A stretch of DNA of 64,000 nucleotides from Candidatus Bathyarchaeota archaeon (GCA_963715865.1 OY970280.1:1472001-1536000); one strand, 5' to 3'; shown: positions 1-10,004, counted from the first letter of the stretch. Made by a program: numbers and translations. Notes: a model not told the origin generated them from the letters alone.

Positions 1-591
1 CCTGTAAGGGTTAATGTCCGCCACAACAATGTTCCCGACGCCTTTAAACTTTGCAAGTTGAGCATGTAAGATTCCAGATATGCCGCTTCCAATAATCAAC
101 AGCGAGTCATCTTTTTTCAGGTTAGCTAACCGTTGACCACGAGAAACACATGCAAGAGGCTCAATGAATGTGCCTTCTTCAAAAGACATGTCGTCTGGCA
201 GCTTGTACACGCCGAAATCAACGTTTATTTTTGGCACGCGAATGTACTGTGCAAAGCCGCCTGGGTAATAATTTGTTGTGTGCAGTGTCTGGCAGGCTGT
301 GTGGTGTCCTCTCTGGCAGTAACGGCATTGGTTGCAGGGTACATGGTGTGAAACGAAGACTCTGTCGCCGACTTTGAGGCTGGTAACTTTGCTGCCGACT
401 TTATCGATGACCCCTGTGGCTTCGTGACCCAGCACGCGCGGAGCCTTAGGCACACGGTACCATTCAATAACGTCGCTGCCGCAGATGCCGCTCGCCATAA
501 CCTTCAACAATGCTTCGTCCTCGCCGATTTGCGGGATAGGCATTTCTTCAATGCGAACGTCATGGTTGTTGTAGTAGACTGCGGCAAGCAA
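1..591 (-). CDS. Zn-dependent alcohol/polyol dehydrogenase (MDR family), 3' end truncated by window edge
   Basis: Absent from the ORF track; manual translation from TTG at 591: MLAAVYYNNHDVRIEEMP...GICGSD...LGHEATG...GDRV...PCNQCRYCQRGHHTAC...EPLAC...IIGSGISG (catalytic Zn, structural Cys4 and Rossmann motifs); GGTGA RBS-like sequence upstream. Confidence 0.9.
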   Translation of the reverse strand, partial: MLAAVYYNNHDVRIEEMPIPQIGEDEALLKVMASGICGSDVIEWYRVPKAPRVLGHEATGVIDKVGSKVTSLKVGDRVFVSHHVPCNQCRYCQRGHHTACQTLHTTNYYPGGFAQYIRVPKINVDFGVYKLPDDMSFEEGTFIEPLACVSRGQRLANLKKDDSLLIIGSGISGILHAQLAKFKGVGNIVVADINPYR

Positions 592-621
592 GAGGCTTCA
601 CCAAGAAAAATAAGTGCTCGG

Positions 622-1419
622 TTAAGCTTTGCCGGCTTTTACCTGATTAAACAGGTCGAGTGCTTCTTGCGGCGTGTAGTTATCATGGACTATGGCTCTA
701 ATTGCTCTGATGGCGGCTACTGGATTCTCGGTTTGCCAAATGTTCCTACCCAAGTTAACGCCTATAGCTCCTTTCTGCATGCCATCGTAGACGAAGTCAA
801 ATACTTCTTTTTGCGTTTCAGTTTTTGGTCCGCCTGCAATTACCACTGGCACCGGGCAACCGTCAACGACTTTTTCAAAGTTTTCTTTGCAGTAGTAGGT
901 TTTGACTACTCGTGCGCCGATTTCGGCTGAAACTCGGGCAACTAACGCTAAGTAGCGGGCTTCTCGTTTTTCCAGTTCTTTTCCCACGGAAGTTACAGCC
1001 ATAACGGGTATGCCGTAATCTTCACATTCGTCAACGAGTTTGGCTAGGTTGCTGAGGCTTTTGTTCTCATATTTTGTGCCGACAAACACGGACATTGAAA
1101 CTGCCATGGCATTTAATCTTAGGATTTCTTGGATGGATGTCACTATGCTCTCGTTTGCTAAGTCTTCCCCAACCACTGTTACAGCACCTGAAACTCGCAT
1201 TATGATTGGTTTCTCGATGGCTGGGTCAATGCAGTTTCTCAAAACCCCGCGCGTTAGCATGATTGCGTCAGCGTATTGATAGATGGGCTTGATTGTTTCT
1301 CCAGGCTTCTCAAGACAGTGTGTTGGTCCTTGGAAGTATCCGTGGTCAATAGGTAAAAAGAGGGCTTTACCATCTTTTTGGATAAGTCGGCTTAACCTGT
1401 TTTTCATTCCCCATTCCAT
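622..1419 (-). CDS. lsrF: Class I aldolase/thiolase, LsrF-like (DeoC/FbaB family)
   Basis: MEWGMKNRLSR, PIDHG, VKTYY (Schiff-base Lys), AGG and GRNIWQ motifs typical of the LsrF subfamily. Confidence 0.8.
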   Translation of the reverse strand: MEWGMKNRLSRLIQKDGKALFLPIDHGYFQGPTHCLEKPGETIKPIYQYADAIMLTRGVLRNCIDPAIEKPIIMRVSGAVTVVGEDLANESIVTSIQEILRLNAMAVSMSVFVGTKYENKSLSNLAKLVDECEDYGIPVMAVTSVGKELEKREARYLALVARVSAEIGARVVKTYYCKENFEKVVDGCPVPVVIAGGPKTETQKEVFDFVYDGMQKGAIGVNLGRNIWQTENPVAAIRAIRAIVHDNYTPQEALDLFNQVKAGKA

Positions 1420-1542
1420 AGTTATTTCTCCTCGGAACCTTTTGGTTTCAGAATTAAATAACCTTTCCGATACTACCGCAAAGAAGCTTCGATTAAGGGC
1501 AATGTAAGATTATGCGAGCCTTTTTTTTACGGATTGTTGCCT

Positions 1543-2244
1543 TTAACGTGTTTTGTCATTTATTGAGTCGATTACTTCTCTAAGTTCTTCTCTTTGAGTG
1601 TGCCATTCAAAAGAATGAGGCAAACCGATGAGTTCAGCGGTCAGTATCTTAAGCTCTGGGGGCAGGAAGACTTGATATTCTCTTGCAGTTTGAACAAACT
1701 TAAAACCAGCGTTTTTCACGGATTGAAACAACTTTCTCTTTTCATCATCCGTGAGTGAACCATAATAGGGAGGGCTTTCTTTTCCCCACATGTTATCAAA
1801 TTGTATTCCGGGTCCATAACTGAAAATAGAGACTCCAACGTCAACCGCTTTATCCAATCTTGTCTTTTCCGATTTAATGTACTCCGTTATTTTTTCAACA
1901 CTGTTATTAGATGACAAGGCTTTCCAATTCTCATGCATGTGGATACCGACAACATGGTTATGTGACATAGCATTTTTCAATACTTCTTTGTGCTTTTCGG
2001 CAAAATATGGAAATGCTAAAAACATCCCTCTTGCCTGGTTTCTTTCCAGTATCTGCAGCACTTTGCTTACAGTTCGATCAATGACTCCAGGTGAGACTTT
2101 AACGTCGATTTCGTCGAGAGCTCTAGTGTTAGACGGACCACTCCATTCAGGATTAGGAATGATTCGTTCGCCCCACTCTGTGGTGAAGCCGACTTCCATA
2201 TGTGCGAAGAAGAATTTTCCGCTAATCGATTGATTTTGTTCCAT
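1543..2244 (-). CDS. Putative polysaccharide deacetylase/NodB-like protein
   Basis: 233 aa; GIHMHE His pair and FSYG motif resemble carbohydrate esterase 4 fold; the start overlaps the upstream gene end. Confidence 0.45.
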   Translation of the reverse strand: MEQNQSISGKFFFAHMEVGFTTEWGERIIPNPEWSGPSNTRALDEIDVKVSPGVIDRTVSKVLQILERNQARGMFLAFPYFAEKHKEVLKNAMSHNHVVGIHMHENWKALSSNNSVEKITEYIKSEKTRLDKAVDVGVSIFSYGPGIQFDNMWGKESPPYYGSLTDDEKRKLFQSVKNAGFKFVQTAREYQVFLPPELKILTAELIGLPHSFEWHTQREELREVIDSINDKTR

Positions 2245-2632
2245 TTGTTATCCCTTCGCCCTGTTCTTGACTTGTTCTGCTTTTCTTAAAATGATTAATT
2301 GCAGTTTCAACTACTTCGTTTCTGTCACGATAGTTTCCTGCCTTAACTTGCTGGTCAATCCATTCAACGAGCCCATTGTCTATGTTAGCTAAAACAGTTT
2401 GCTCATTCTTTTTTAATTTTGAGTTAACTAAGAGGATATAGCCTTTCTCTATGAGCCAGTGATGAAACTGCCAAGTAGTATATAGACACCCGCTACTGCA
2501 TTTTTGCCTTGTCTGCTCATAAGCCGCAGAGCCTTCTGTCAGCTTGTTTAGCTGCATCTGGATTGGGCATTGAACAGCTTTGCAGAATTCTCTGCGCTTA
2601 TACTCAACATATCCGTCTGGAGTCATTTTCAT
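2222..2632 (-). CDS. Cys/His metal-binding domain fused to C-terminal ribbon-helix-helix domain, putative regulator
   Basis: N-terminal C-x4-C...C-x3-C and HH; C-terminal TVLANIDNGLVEWIDQQVKAGNYRDRNEVVETAI matches RHH strand-helix-helix pattern. Confidence 0.55.
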   Translation of the reverse strand: MKMTPDGYVEYKRREFCKAVQCPIQMQLNKLTEGSAAYEQTRQKCSSGCLYTTWQFHHWLIEKGYILLVNSKLKKNEQTVLANIDNGLVEWIDQQVKAGNYRDRNEVVETAINHFKKSRTSQEQGEGITNGTKSID

Positions 2633-2723
2633 CGGTGGCTTACTGCTCGTTTAGACTTAATAAGCCTTGTTTTTCTGGAAGCTGTCAAGTTGACGGTTTG
2701 TGTTTTTGTTGTTTATTGACTTT

Positions 2724-2842
2724 TTTACTACGTACATGGGCTAAAGCACGGGAAACTTTACTACGTACAAGCCAAGGGTCTTAGGATGTACGTAGTATAA
2801 CTTGGAACTATCGATAAGAGAGCCTTAGGATGTACGTAGTAA
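2724..2842. repeat. Four copies of TACTACGTACA, two forward and two inverted
   Basis: TTTACTACGTACA at 2724-2736 and 2757-2769; CTTAGGATGTACGTAGTA at 2780-2797 and 2824-2841. Confidence 0.9.
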
Positions 2843-2928
2843 GCTACCAACCCAAAAGTTTACAGAACCAAAACAGGAAAAACTTAAATGCGAAATGAAT
2901 CTGCATTTGATTATTTAATGACGTTTGT

Positions 2929-3702
2929 TTATGGCAGTTTTTTTCCGCAGTTTTTGCAATAAGCAGCGTTTACATTGTTTGCCATTCCGCAGTTAAGACA
3001 AAACTTGATTTGTGTTGTGATAGTCGGTGCCGTCGGCATAGGTGAGTAGGGTTTTGGCTTAAGCGCGTTAAATCCTGATGCTGCAAAAATCCAACCGACC
3101 CAAGAAACAATCGGTATGAACACACCAATTAAGATTAGCAATCCGGCGGTGTCAAAACTGTGAACCCCAGATTTCTCTGCAAGCTTGTTAAACGCACGTT
3201 TGTAAAGTAAAGCGCTAACTACTCCAATAGCAATAGCTACGGCAAATACAACTATTAAAGCGATAATGAAGGTCCAGACGAAGGAAGAAGCGGCTGTTGG
3301 AGTACTTACTACAGTATTCATTAGAGTCGATGCTATAACAGCGAACAGTATTGCGACTAAAACGACCGCTCCCACTATGCTTATGACTAAAGAATACATT
3401 ATATTTCTGAAAATTATAGGTTCATTATAGTATTGACTTAACTCGTGCATAGCAACAATAAACAGGATTAGTCCAACGAAACTTATTATCCCAACCGCGA
3501 CAAATGCGATCCATATTATTCCGAAGGAAAGAAAAGGGAAGCCAGAGGGTATTGGTGTGCTTCCTCTGCCTGTAATTGCATTGGTAATGGTGGAGATTAA
3601 GGAAAAAAGGAAAAATTCATATAACGCGACTGTAACGATTGGCACTATTACGGTTATTATGCTGGCTGTTAGACCTAATTTTCTGCCTGATTCAAGCGAC
3701 AT
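2929..3702 (-). CDS. DUF996-like membrane protein with C-terminal zinc ribbon
   Basis: Several TM segments; MHELSQYYNEPIIFRN and FNKLAEKSGVHSFDTAG motifs; C-terminal CLNC...CKNC. Confidence 0.75.
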   Translation of the reverse strand: MSLESGRKLGLTASIITVIVPIVTVALYEFFLFSLISTITNAITGRGSTPIPSGFPFLSFGIIWIAFVAVGIISFVGLILFIVAMHELSQYYNEPIIFRNIMYSLVISIVGAVVLVAILFAVIASTLMNTVVSTPTAASSFVWTFIIALIVVFAVAIAIGVVSALLYKRAFNKLAEKSGVHSFDTAGLLILIGVFIPIVSWVGWIFAASGFNALKPKPYSPMPTAPTITTQIKFCLNCGMANNVNAAYCKNCGKKLP

Positions 3703-3995
3703 ACTGCCCCTCAGATGCTATTTTATAGCGACTTAGGAATAAGCTTTGCGCAAGCATCAAACTGCATAAATCAAGCGTTAACTTTTAGGTAAGGCTATTC
3801 TTTTCATAGCTCTCATCTGCATTCTGTCCTAGCGGAAGTTGCTATTAAATCTCCCCAGAGAACAATCTGTTCCGCTTAAAGAACAGCCTCAGCCATCAAC
3901 AAAATAAATTCGCTGCATCAATCTTCAAGTTTTAGGACAATGATGGCTTGTAAGGTTTAATAGGCAATTTGCTTGAATCTTTGGCTTAGCGGTGG

Positions 3996-5282
3996 TTGCA
4001 AGTGCAAGTGCAGGAACATAGGAAGCTGAAGCGTTCAATCGGCTTGTGGAGTGCAGTCGCCATTAACGTGGGCGCAATCATAGGCGGCGGAATCTTCGTT
4101 GTCACAGGCATTGTCGCAGGCTACGCTGGCTCAGCACTTGTCATATCAATGATTATCGCTGGGATTATCGCGTTTATCACGGCGACAAGCTTTGCAAAGC
4201 TCACGTCTTGGCAGCCTGTTGAAGGAAGCGTCTACGAGTATGGACGCCAATTGATTTCGCCGTTTTCAGGGTTTTTGGCTGGTTGGATGTGGATAGTAGC
4301 TAACACTTTTACTGGGGCTGCGGTTTCTCTTGGATTCGCCTATTACTTAACAGCAGCTTTCCCCGGTTTACCAAGCAACTTGATTGCTGCTGCTTTGTGT
4401 TTGGGTTTTACCGCTTTGAATTTGGTTGGTGCTAAAGAATCAGCAGGAGTCAACAATATTTTTGTAAGCATTAAGCTTGCTGTGCTGGCGTTTTTCGTGC
4501 TTTTCGGCGCTTTACATTGGAACGCTGGAAATTTTATTCCTTTTCAGCCTTTATCCAGCGGTGTTCTTTACGGGTCCTTTTTCATCTTCTTCGCGTACGG
4601 CGGCTTTGCCAGGGTGGCCGTGGTTGCAGAAGAAGTGAAAGATGCCAAGCGAAACGTGCCTAAAGCCATGCTTTTGTCGCTGGGTATTTCGATGATTGTG
4701 TACGTTCTGGTCGGGATAATCGCAGTTGGATTGTTGAAGCCTGTTGCACTTGCTGGTTCAGGTTCTCCCTTAACTGCGGCTATGAGTGTCACAGGTAACT
4801 CGTTTGCAGTTCAGATCGTGTCTGTTGGCGGTTTGGTGGCTACTGCGAGCGTTTTGCTTACGGCGATTTTGGGCGTTTCAAGGATGGCTTATTCGATGGC
4901 TCGCCGAAACGATTTGCCCTCTGCTTTGGCTCGGCTGCATAACAAGTTTTGCACGCCTTATTATGCGATTTTGGCTGCTGGCGTTTTGATGGCTGTTTTG
5001 GTGTTGTTTGTGGATTTGACAAGAGTGGTTGCGATTAGCACGTTTGCGCTTCTCTTTAATTATTCAATTACTAATATTGCGGCTTTCAAACTGAAAAGTG
5101 ACCATAAGCGGCATAAGGTTATGCCATTGCTGGGACTGGCAACGTGCATAATGCTGTTAGCGTTTATCCTTTTAGCTTCAACACAAGCATGGCTAATCGG
5201 TGTAGTTTTCCTAGTTGCTGGAGCGGTTTATTATGCAGTGAGAAAAAGGTTGAGACAACCAGATGAGAAAAAGACGATTTAG
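3996..5282 (+). CDS. APC family amino acid permease
   Basis: GAIIGGGIF TM1 motif, AEEVKDAKRNVPKA, about 12 TM segments. Confidence 0.92.
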   Translation: MQVQVQEHRKLKRSIGLWSAVAINVGAIIGGGIFVVTGIVAGYAGSALVISMIIAGIIAFITATSFAKLTSWQPVEGSVYEYGRQLISPFSGFLAGWMWIVANTFTGAAVSLGFAYYLTAAFPGLPSNLIAAALCLGFTALNLVGAKESAGVNNIFVSIKLAVLAFFVLFGALHWNAGNFIPFQPLSSGVLYGSFFIFFAYGGFARVAVVAEEVKDAKRNVPKAMLLSLGISMIVYVLVGIIAVGLLKPVALAGSGSPLTAAMSVTGNSFAVQIVSVGGLVATASVLLTAILGVSRMAYSMARRNDLPSALARLHNKFCTPYYAILAAGVLMAVLVLFVDLTRVVAISTFALLFNYSITNIAAFKLKSDHKRHKVMPLLGLATCIMLLAFILLASTQAWLIGVVFLVAGAVYYAVRKRLRQPDEKKTI

Positions 5283-5330
5283 ACTGCGATAAGGATTTTA
5301 AGGTTCAATAAGGTTTACTGTTAGGAAAAA

Positions 5331-6056
5331 ATGCCAATGCCAATTAAAGCAGTTTTATTTGACATGTTCGATACGCTTATGCTGATTGAGAAGAATCATG
5401 AGTTTTATAGTCCTTCGTTAATGAGAATGTACAAGTACCTAAAGAAAAAGGGCGTAGATGTCTCCTTTGATACGTTCGAAAAAGCGTACGTTAAAGCTCG
5501 TGACGAGCTCTACGCTAAGGCAGATGCAAATTTTGAGGAGCCACACTTCAACGTTCGGGTTTCTGATACGCTGAGAAGTTTAGGCTATGATTATGATGTT
5601 TCCAGTCCTATTGTGGCTGCGGCAACAGAGGAGTTTTGTGAAGAATTCATGACTTATGTTCGCTTAGACGAAAATGCTGAAGCAATGCTGAGAAGTTTGC
5701 GTGGGAAATACAAACTGGGAATAATCTCTAATTTTGCTATCCCCGAATGCGTGTATAAACTGCTCAAAAACCATGGCTTAGATAAACTGTTTGATGTGAT
5801 TGTGATTTCTGGAGCAGTGAACAAGCGAAAACCTAGCCCCGAAATTTTCAAGAGCACTTTGAAGGCGCTGGGTGTTTCTGCGTCTGAAACGGTTTTTGTA
5901 GGCGACACTGTTGATGCGGATATTGAAGGGGCTAAAGCGGTCGGCATGAAAGCCGTATACATTGAGCGGCGTGTCCAGAAAGAAGTTGAGAATGTTCGTC
6001 CGGACCAAACCATAAAGAGTCTTAGTGAACTTTCGTTGGCGCTTGAACGTTTCTAG
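5331..6056 (+). CDS. HAD-superfamily hydrolase
   Basis: FDMFDT motif I, ISN, KP, GDTVDADI motifs. Confidence 0.9.
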   Translation: MPMPIKAVLFDMFDTLMLIEKNHEFYSPSLMRMYKYLKKKGVDVSFDTFEKAYVKARDELYAKADANFEEPHFNVRVSDTLRSLGYDYDVSSPIVAAATEEFCEEFMTYVRLDENAEAMLRSLRGKYKLGIISNFAIPECVYKLLKNHGLDKLFDVIVISGAVNKRKPSPEIFKSTLKALGVSASETVFVGDTVDADIEGAKAVGMKAVYIERRVQKEVENVRPDQTIKSLSELSLALERF

Positions 6057-6064
6057 AGTAAGTA

Positions 6065-6346
6065 TTAGGTTTTGAGATGGTATAGAGGAATCTTGTCTTT
6101 GTTTCCGTTACTGCTTGTTTTTAGCAGTTTGGTTAATTCGTTGTGCCTTTGAAGAAAATCCAAGCCTTTTTCAGTGACAACGTAAACTTCTTTGCCTTCA
6201 ATATTAGTTTGGTTTATAAGATTGTTGTTTAGCATGAATTTTAGGTAATCATTCAGCTGGGTAAAACTTAGATTTGCCTTATACATTATCTGTGTTTTCA
6301 GAATGCCTACTTTCGCAATTTTAAGTATTTCCGTCATTATATCCAT
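6065..6346 (-). CDS. Small winged-helix DNA-binding protein (archaeal HTH_45/DUF4364-like)
   Basis: DIMTEIL...KTQIMYKANLSFTQLNDYLKFM...YVVTEKGLDFL; true start may lie slightly upstream. Confidence 0.8.
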   Translation of the reverse strand: MDIMTEILKIAKVGILKTQIMYKANLSFTQLNDYLKFMLNNNLINQTNIEGKEVYVVTEKGLDFLQRHNELTKLLKTSSNGNKDKIPLYHLKT

Positions 6347-6513
6347 TGTGTCTCTTCTTTTGGATTTAGCGCTTAAAATTTTCCTTTCACTTCTAGGATA
6401 GTGTATCTTATCAATTAACTTTTAAGTCTTTAGTAACACCACTGCATGCTGAGGACAAAAAAACACAGAAAACCTTTATTGCTCAGCGAGAAAAACAACA
6501 AATGTGAAACAAC

Positions 6514-7011
6514 ATGCTGATAGGCGTAATCGCGGACACGCATGACAATTTGCCTCTTGTAGAAAAAGCAGTGAAATACCTAAATGACCAAAAAGTAGGC
6601 TTAGTGCTTCACGCAGGCGATTATGTTGCAGGTTTCGTTATCCCAAAATTCAAACAGCTAAACTGCAAACTCATCGGCGTCTTCGGCAACAACGACGGAG
6701 ACCACGAACTCTTAAAGAAACGGTTCAGCGAAACCACCAACTGCACAATCCACGACCATTTTGCAGCAGTAGAAGTGGAAGGCTACAGAATCGCGTTGTT
6801 GCACGGAGAAGAAACCGAACTGCTAAATGCGATAATAAATAGCGGATATTTTAACGCTGTAATCCATGGTCACTCACACGTCAAAAGCGTTGAAAAGAAA
6901 GGAAAAACCCTTGCCATCAACCCTGGAGAACTCTGCGGATACCTAACAGGCAAATCCACAATCGCCATACTAGACACCCAAAAGCATGAAGCAAAAATAA
7001 TAGAACTCTAA
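6514..7011 (+). CDS. Metallophosphoesterase (YfcE/MJ0936 family)
   Basis: DTHDN, HAGD, GNND, HG and GHSH motifs. Confidence 0.9.
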   Translation: MLIGVIADTHDNLPLVEKAVKYLNDQKVGLVLHAGDYVAGFVIPKFKQLNCKLIGVFGNNDGDHELLKKRFSETTNCTIHDHFAAVEVEGYRIALLHGEETELLNAIINSGYFNAVIHGHSHVKSVEKKGKTLAINPGELCGYLTGKSTIAILDTQKHEAKIIEL

Positions 7012-7418
7012 CCTCTGCCTCTAGCTCTCGGTGACCTACCCCCTCCCTTATAACAAAGTTGTTCTAAGCGTGTTATTTCATAAAGTAATATTTTCAACGT
7101 TTAAATCGTAAAATAATTTCTTATAATAATTAGGTCATTTACTATTCTGGCAGTATATGTTTGGTAGTCTTAAGTATGTTGAATACCTTTAGTATCCCAC
7201 CTAACTTTTAAAATTTAGAGTAAAGCGGTAGATATTGAAATTTTCCTTATTTTAGCGAAAATATTTTAGATTAAATCTGGGCTATCCGCTAGCTTTTTTA
7301 AGATATTAGCTTTCAATAAATACACGAATCTTAAGCAATCCGCATAAGACTGAACCCACCAATAGCTAACTGTTCCACAATAAGGGTGATTTGACTTAAA
7401 GTTGTTAACAACTGTTTT

Positions 7419-7574
7419 TTATTGTTCTTTCAGAGGTTTGTAAATAACTACTAATTCCTTCGATGGCTCATTTTTTAGTGCGTAGCTATATTTTTCTGCA
7501 ATTGTTTTAAGACACTTTAAACTTTCTGTATCAAGGAATACTTTCAGGTCATCAGCGTCTGGAGGCATAAGCAT
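7419..7574 (-). CDS. Hypothetical small protein, 51 aa
   Basis: Manual translation MLMPPDADDLKVFLDTESLKCLKTIAEKYSYALKNEPSKELVVIYKPLKEQ; GAGGAG RBS-like sequence upstream; below ORF-track cutoff. Confidence 0.4.
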   Translation of the reverse strand: MLMPPDADDLKVFLDTESLKCLKTIAEKYSYALKNEPSKELVVIYKPLKEQ

Positions 7575-7639
7575 AATGGCATCTCCTCTTAGGCACCAAC
7601 AAATTTGAAAATAAGCATTATTATGCGGGCATTGATTTT

Positions 7640-9538
7640 TTAGTTTGAAGGGTGGTTTTCTGCAGTAAGCGGTAATTCTATAATGAACTTTGTTCCTTTG
7701 CCTTCTTCACTTTCAAAGCTTACTTTGCCATTTAAGCCTTCGACAAGTCGCTTAATAACAGCTAAACCTAAGCCTTGACCCTTCGATTTAGTAGTAAACA
7801 ATGGCTTAAACAAGTTAGGCTTGACTTCTTCTGGAATACCTACCCCAGTGTCTTTAACGCTTATTATTGCCTTGTCTTTTTTTGTATGTGCTTCAATTGT
7901 CAGTTTGCCTTCATTTGGCATGGCTTGTATTGCATTAACGATAAGGTTTGTTAGTACGCGCCTAATAAAAGTAGCTTCAGTATTGAGAAGCAAGTTTTCA
8001 TCAGCAATTATTTGAGTTGTTATCTTCTCGGGAACATTGGCTACTATGAGTGTGCTATATATTAGGTCTTTAAGGTTTAATTTTTCAATGTTTGGTTTTA
8101 GGGGTCTTGTGTAGTCTTGCAAGTCACTAACAATTTTGTTTATATAAGTGATATTTTCATCGATTGCATCAAGGTTCTCTTGCATAGCTTGCCTGTTCTC
8201 GCCTTCAGGTATGCCTTTGAGGTCTTCTTTTAACAAGTACAAATCACCAGTAATAGCTTGCAATGGATTGCGAATATCATGTCCAACCATGCCTGCTGTT
8301 TGGCCAATTGTCGCCATACGTTCAGAGTCTTTAAGCTGCTTAGTTCGCTCCTCAACTAAGGTCTCTAAATTCTTAGCGTATTCTTCAAGCTGAGCCTGAA
8401 TCTTCTTCCACTCTGTAACATCGCGCACTCCACCTATAATGCGAGTAACTTTTCCTTGTTGATTCTTTACCATTTTTACAGTATCATGGACAATAATGTA
8501 GTCGCCTTGTTTGCACCGAATACGATACTCAAACAACGTGTCAGTAGCCGTCTCAATAGCTTTGTTTAGTTTAGCCTCGATGGCAAGCCTATCATCTGGA
8601 TGTATTTGGCTCATCCGCCAATCGTTTGTGATAAGAGGCTTCTCGTCTGGCTTATACCCTAAAAGCTCCATTCCTCTAGAAACGGAAATGATGTCTTTCT
8701 CAATATCAAACTCATAAACCAAAAATTTAGCAACCTCAGCTACAAGCCTAAACCGTTCCTCACTCTCAACCAATTCCTTCTCAGCTGTCTTACGCTCAGT
8801 GATGTCTACGTTTGTTTCAAAGATTTCCCCAATTTTACCTTGCACATTGCTTGTAGCAAGCCATCGACTGTCAACTATTATTTCACGTCCAAACTTGTTT
8901 TGGTGGATTTTTTCTCCAGACCAACGTCCATTACAATTAAGTTTATTGAGAATTTCTTCGTATGGTTCTGGGAATTTGGTCTTTAAAAGCAAACGACTTT
9001 TCCGCCCTATGGCTTCCTCTTTTGTCCAACCGTAGAGACTCTGTGCTCCTTGACTCCAGAAAGTTATGGTATCATCTATTTTCTTCACAATTATTGCATC
9101 TGGGCTAAGGTCGATTAAAGAAACTTGCTTTTTTAGGGTTTCTTCAGCTTTCTTGCGCTCAGTTATGTCTTCAAATATGCCTACTGCTGCTACTACCTCA
9201 CCTTTTTTATCCCTAATTGGTGTGGCAGAGGCAAAGACAATTACTCTTGAGCTGTCTGGGCGTTCTATAATTAAATCGTCTTTTGCTTCTTCTCCAGTTA
9301 GAAGTGCTTTGCTTGCAGGAAGCTTCTCAGGCGGATAAACTTCACCGTTTAGAGTTAGTAGCTTCATTAGTTTTGTCGAGTGGTTTGGCATTTCAAGTCC
9401 ACATGGGTCAACTCCGTAAAGCTCGATTGCACGGTTATTTACATAAGATACTTTGCCGTTTTCTTTTTCAATAACAACAACGCCAGCAGGAATAGCTTTT
9501 AAAATAGTCTCTAAAGCGACTCTGCGTAATTTTTGCAT
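7640..9538 (-). CDS. Multi-PAS sensor histidine kinase
   Basis: Three PAS/PAC-like repeats; H-box GHDIRNPLQ, N-box NAIQAM, DTGVGI, FTTKSKGQGLGL. Confidence 0.92.
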   Translation of the reverse strand: MQKLRRVALETILKAIPAGVVVIEKENGKVSYVNNRAIELYGVDPCGLEMPNHSTKLMKLLTLNGEVYPPEKLPASKALLTGEEAKDDLIIERPDSSRVIVFASATPIRDKKGEVVAAVGIFEDITERKKAEETLKKQVSLIDLSPDAIIVKKIDDTITFWSQGAQSLYGWTKEEAIGRKSRLLLKTKFPEPYEEILNKLNCNGRWSGEKIHQNKFGREIIVDSRWLATSNVQGKIGEIFETNVDITERKTAEKELVESEERFRLVAEVAKFLVYEFDIEKDIISVSRGMELLGYKPDEKPLITNDWRMSQIHPDDRLAIEAKLNKAIETATDTLFEYRIRCKQGDYIIVHDTVKMVKNQQGKVTRIIGGVRDVTEWKKIQAQLEEYAKNLETLVEERTKQLKDSERMATIGQTAGMVGHDIRNPLQAITGDLYLLKEDLKGIPEGENRQAMQENLDAIDENITYINKIVSDLQDYTRPLKPNIEKLNLKDLIYSTLIVANVPEKITTQIIADENLLLNTEATFIRRVLTNLIVNAIQAMPNEGKLTIEAHTKKDKAIISVKDTGVGIPEEVKPNLFKPLFTTKSKGQGLGLAVIKRLVEGLNGKVSFESEEGKGTKFIIELPLTAENHPSN

Positions 9539-9595
9539 AGACTACTAACCCTACTTCTGTTTTACTTGCCTTTGAATTTTTTTGGGTTGTTATCT

Positions 9596-9647
9596 GTTAA
9601 ATGTTAATTGAATCAGTTGAAGTTAAATGTTAATTGAATCAGTTGAA
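9596..9647 (+). repeat. Perfect 26-bp tandem duplication
   Basis: GTTAAATGTTAATTGAATCAGTTGAA at 9596-9621 and 9622-9647. Confidence 0.95.
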
Positions 9648-9778
9648 CTAAGCTTTACTAGGTTTTGTAATATATAAATAATTTTGAAAAAATTTAGCCT
9701 AAAGTTGAACAACTACTTGAAGCCATGTGTTAATATGACAACTTACTAAACTCTCAAATTTTTGACCTTGTTATTAAC

Positions 9779-9964
9779 TTAATTAGCCTTAAGGATATAG
9801 AAGGTTTCCACCGCACATCGGCACTCAAGCGGAAATTTCTTTTGTATATACATTAGTTCAATCCCACAAAGAAAACAGAAATAAATTTGGCGTTTTTGGA
9901 CAGTGCTTGAAGCGCCTCCAATTGGCTTGCCACAAGCGTCGCATGGTCTGGATAAATCGAGCAT
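9779..9964 (-). CDS. Hypothetical small Cys-rich (zinc-finger-like) protein
   Basis: CDAC...CFLC pairs in 61 aa. Confidence 0.4.
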   Translation of the reverse strand: MLDLSRPCDACGKPIGGASSTVQKRQIYFCFLCGIELMYIQKKFPLECRCAVETFYILKAN

Positions 9965-10004
9965 AAAACCAGCTTTTGATAATGTGAAGCAGGCTTATTC
10001 GAAG

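Noticed and set aside
2724-2842. Mini CRISPR array
   Set aside because: Repeats are 11-18 bp and change orientation, spacing is irregular, no cas genes
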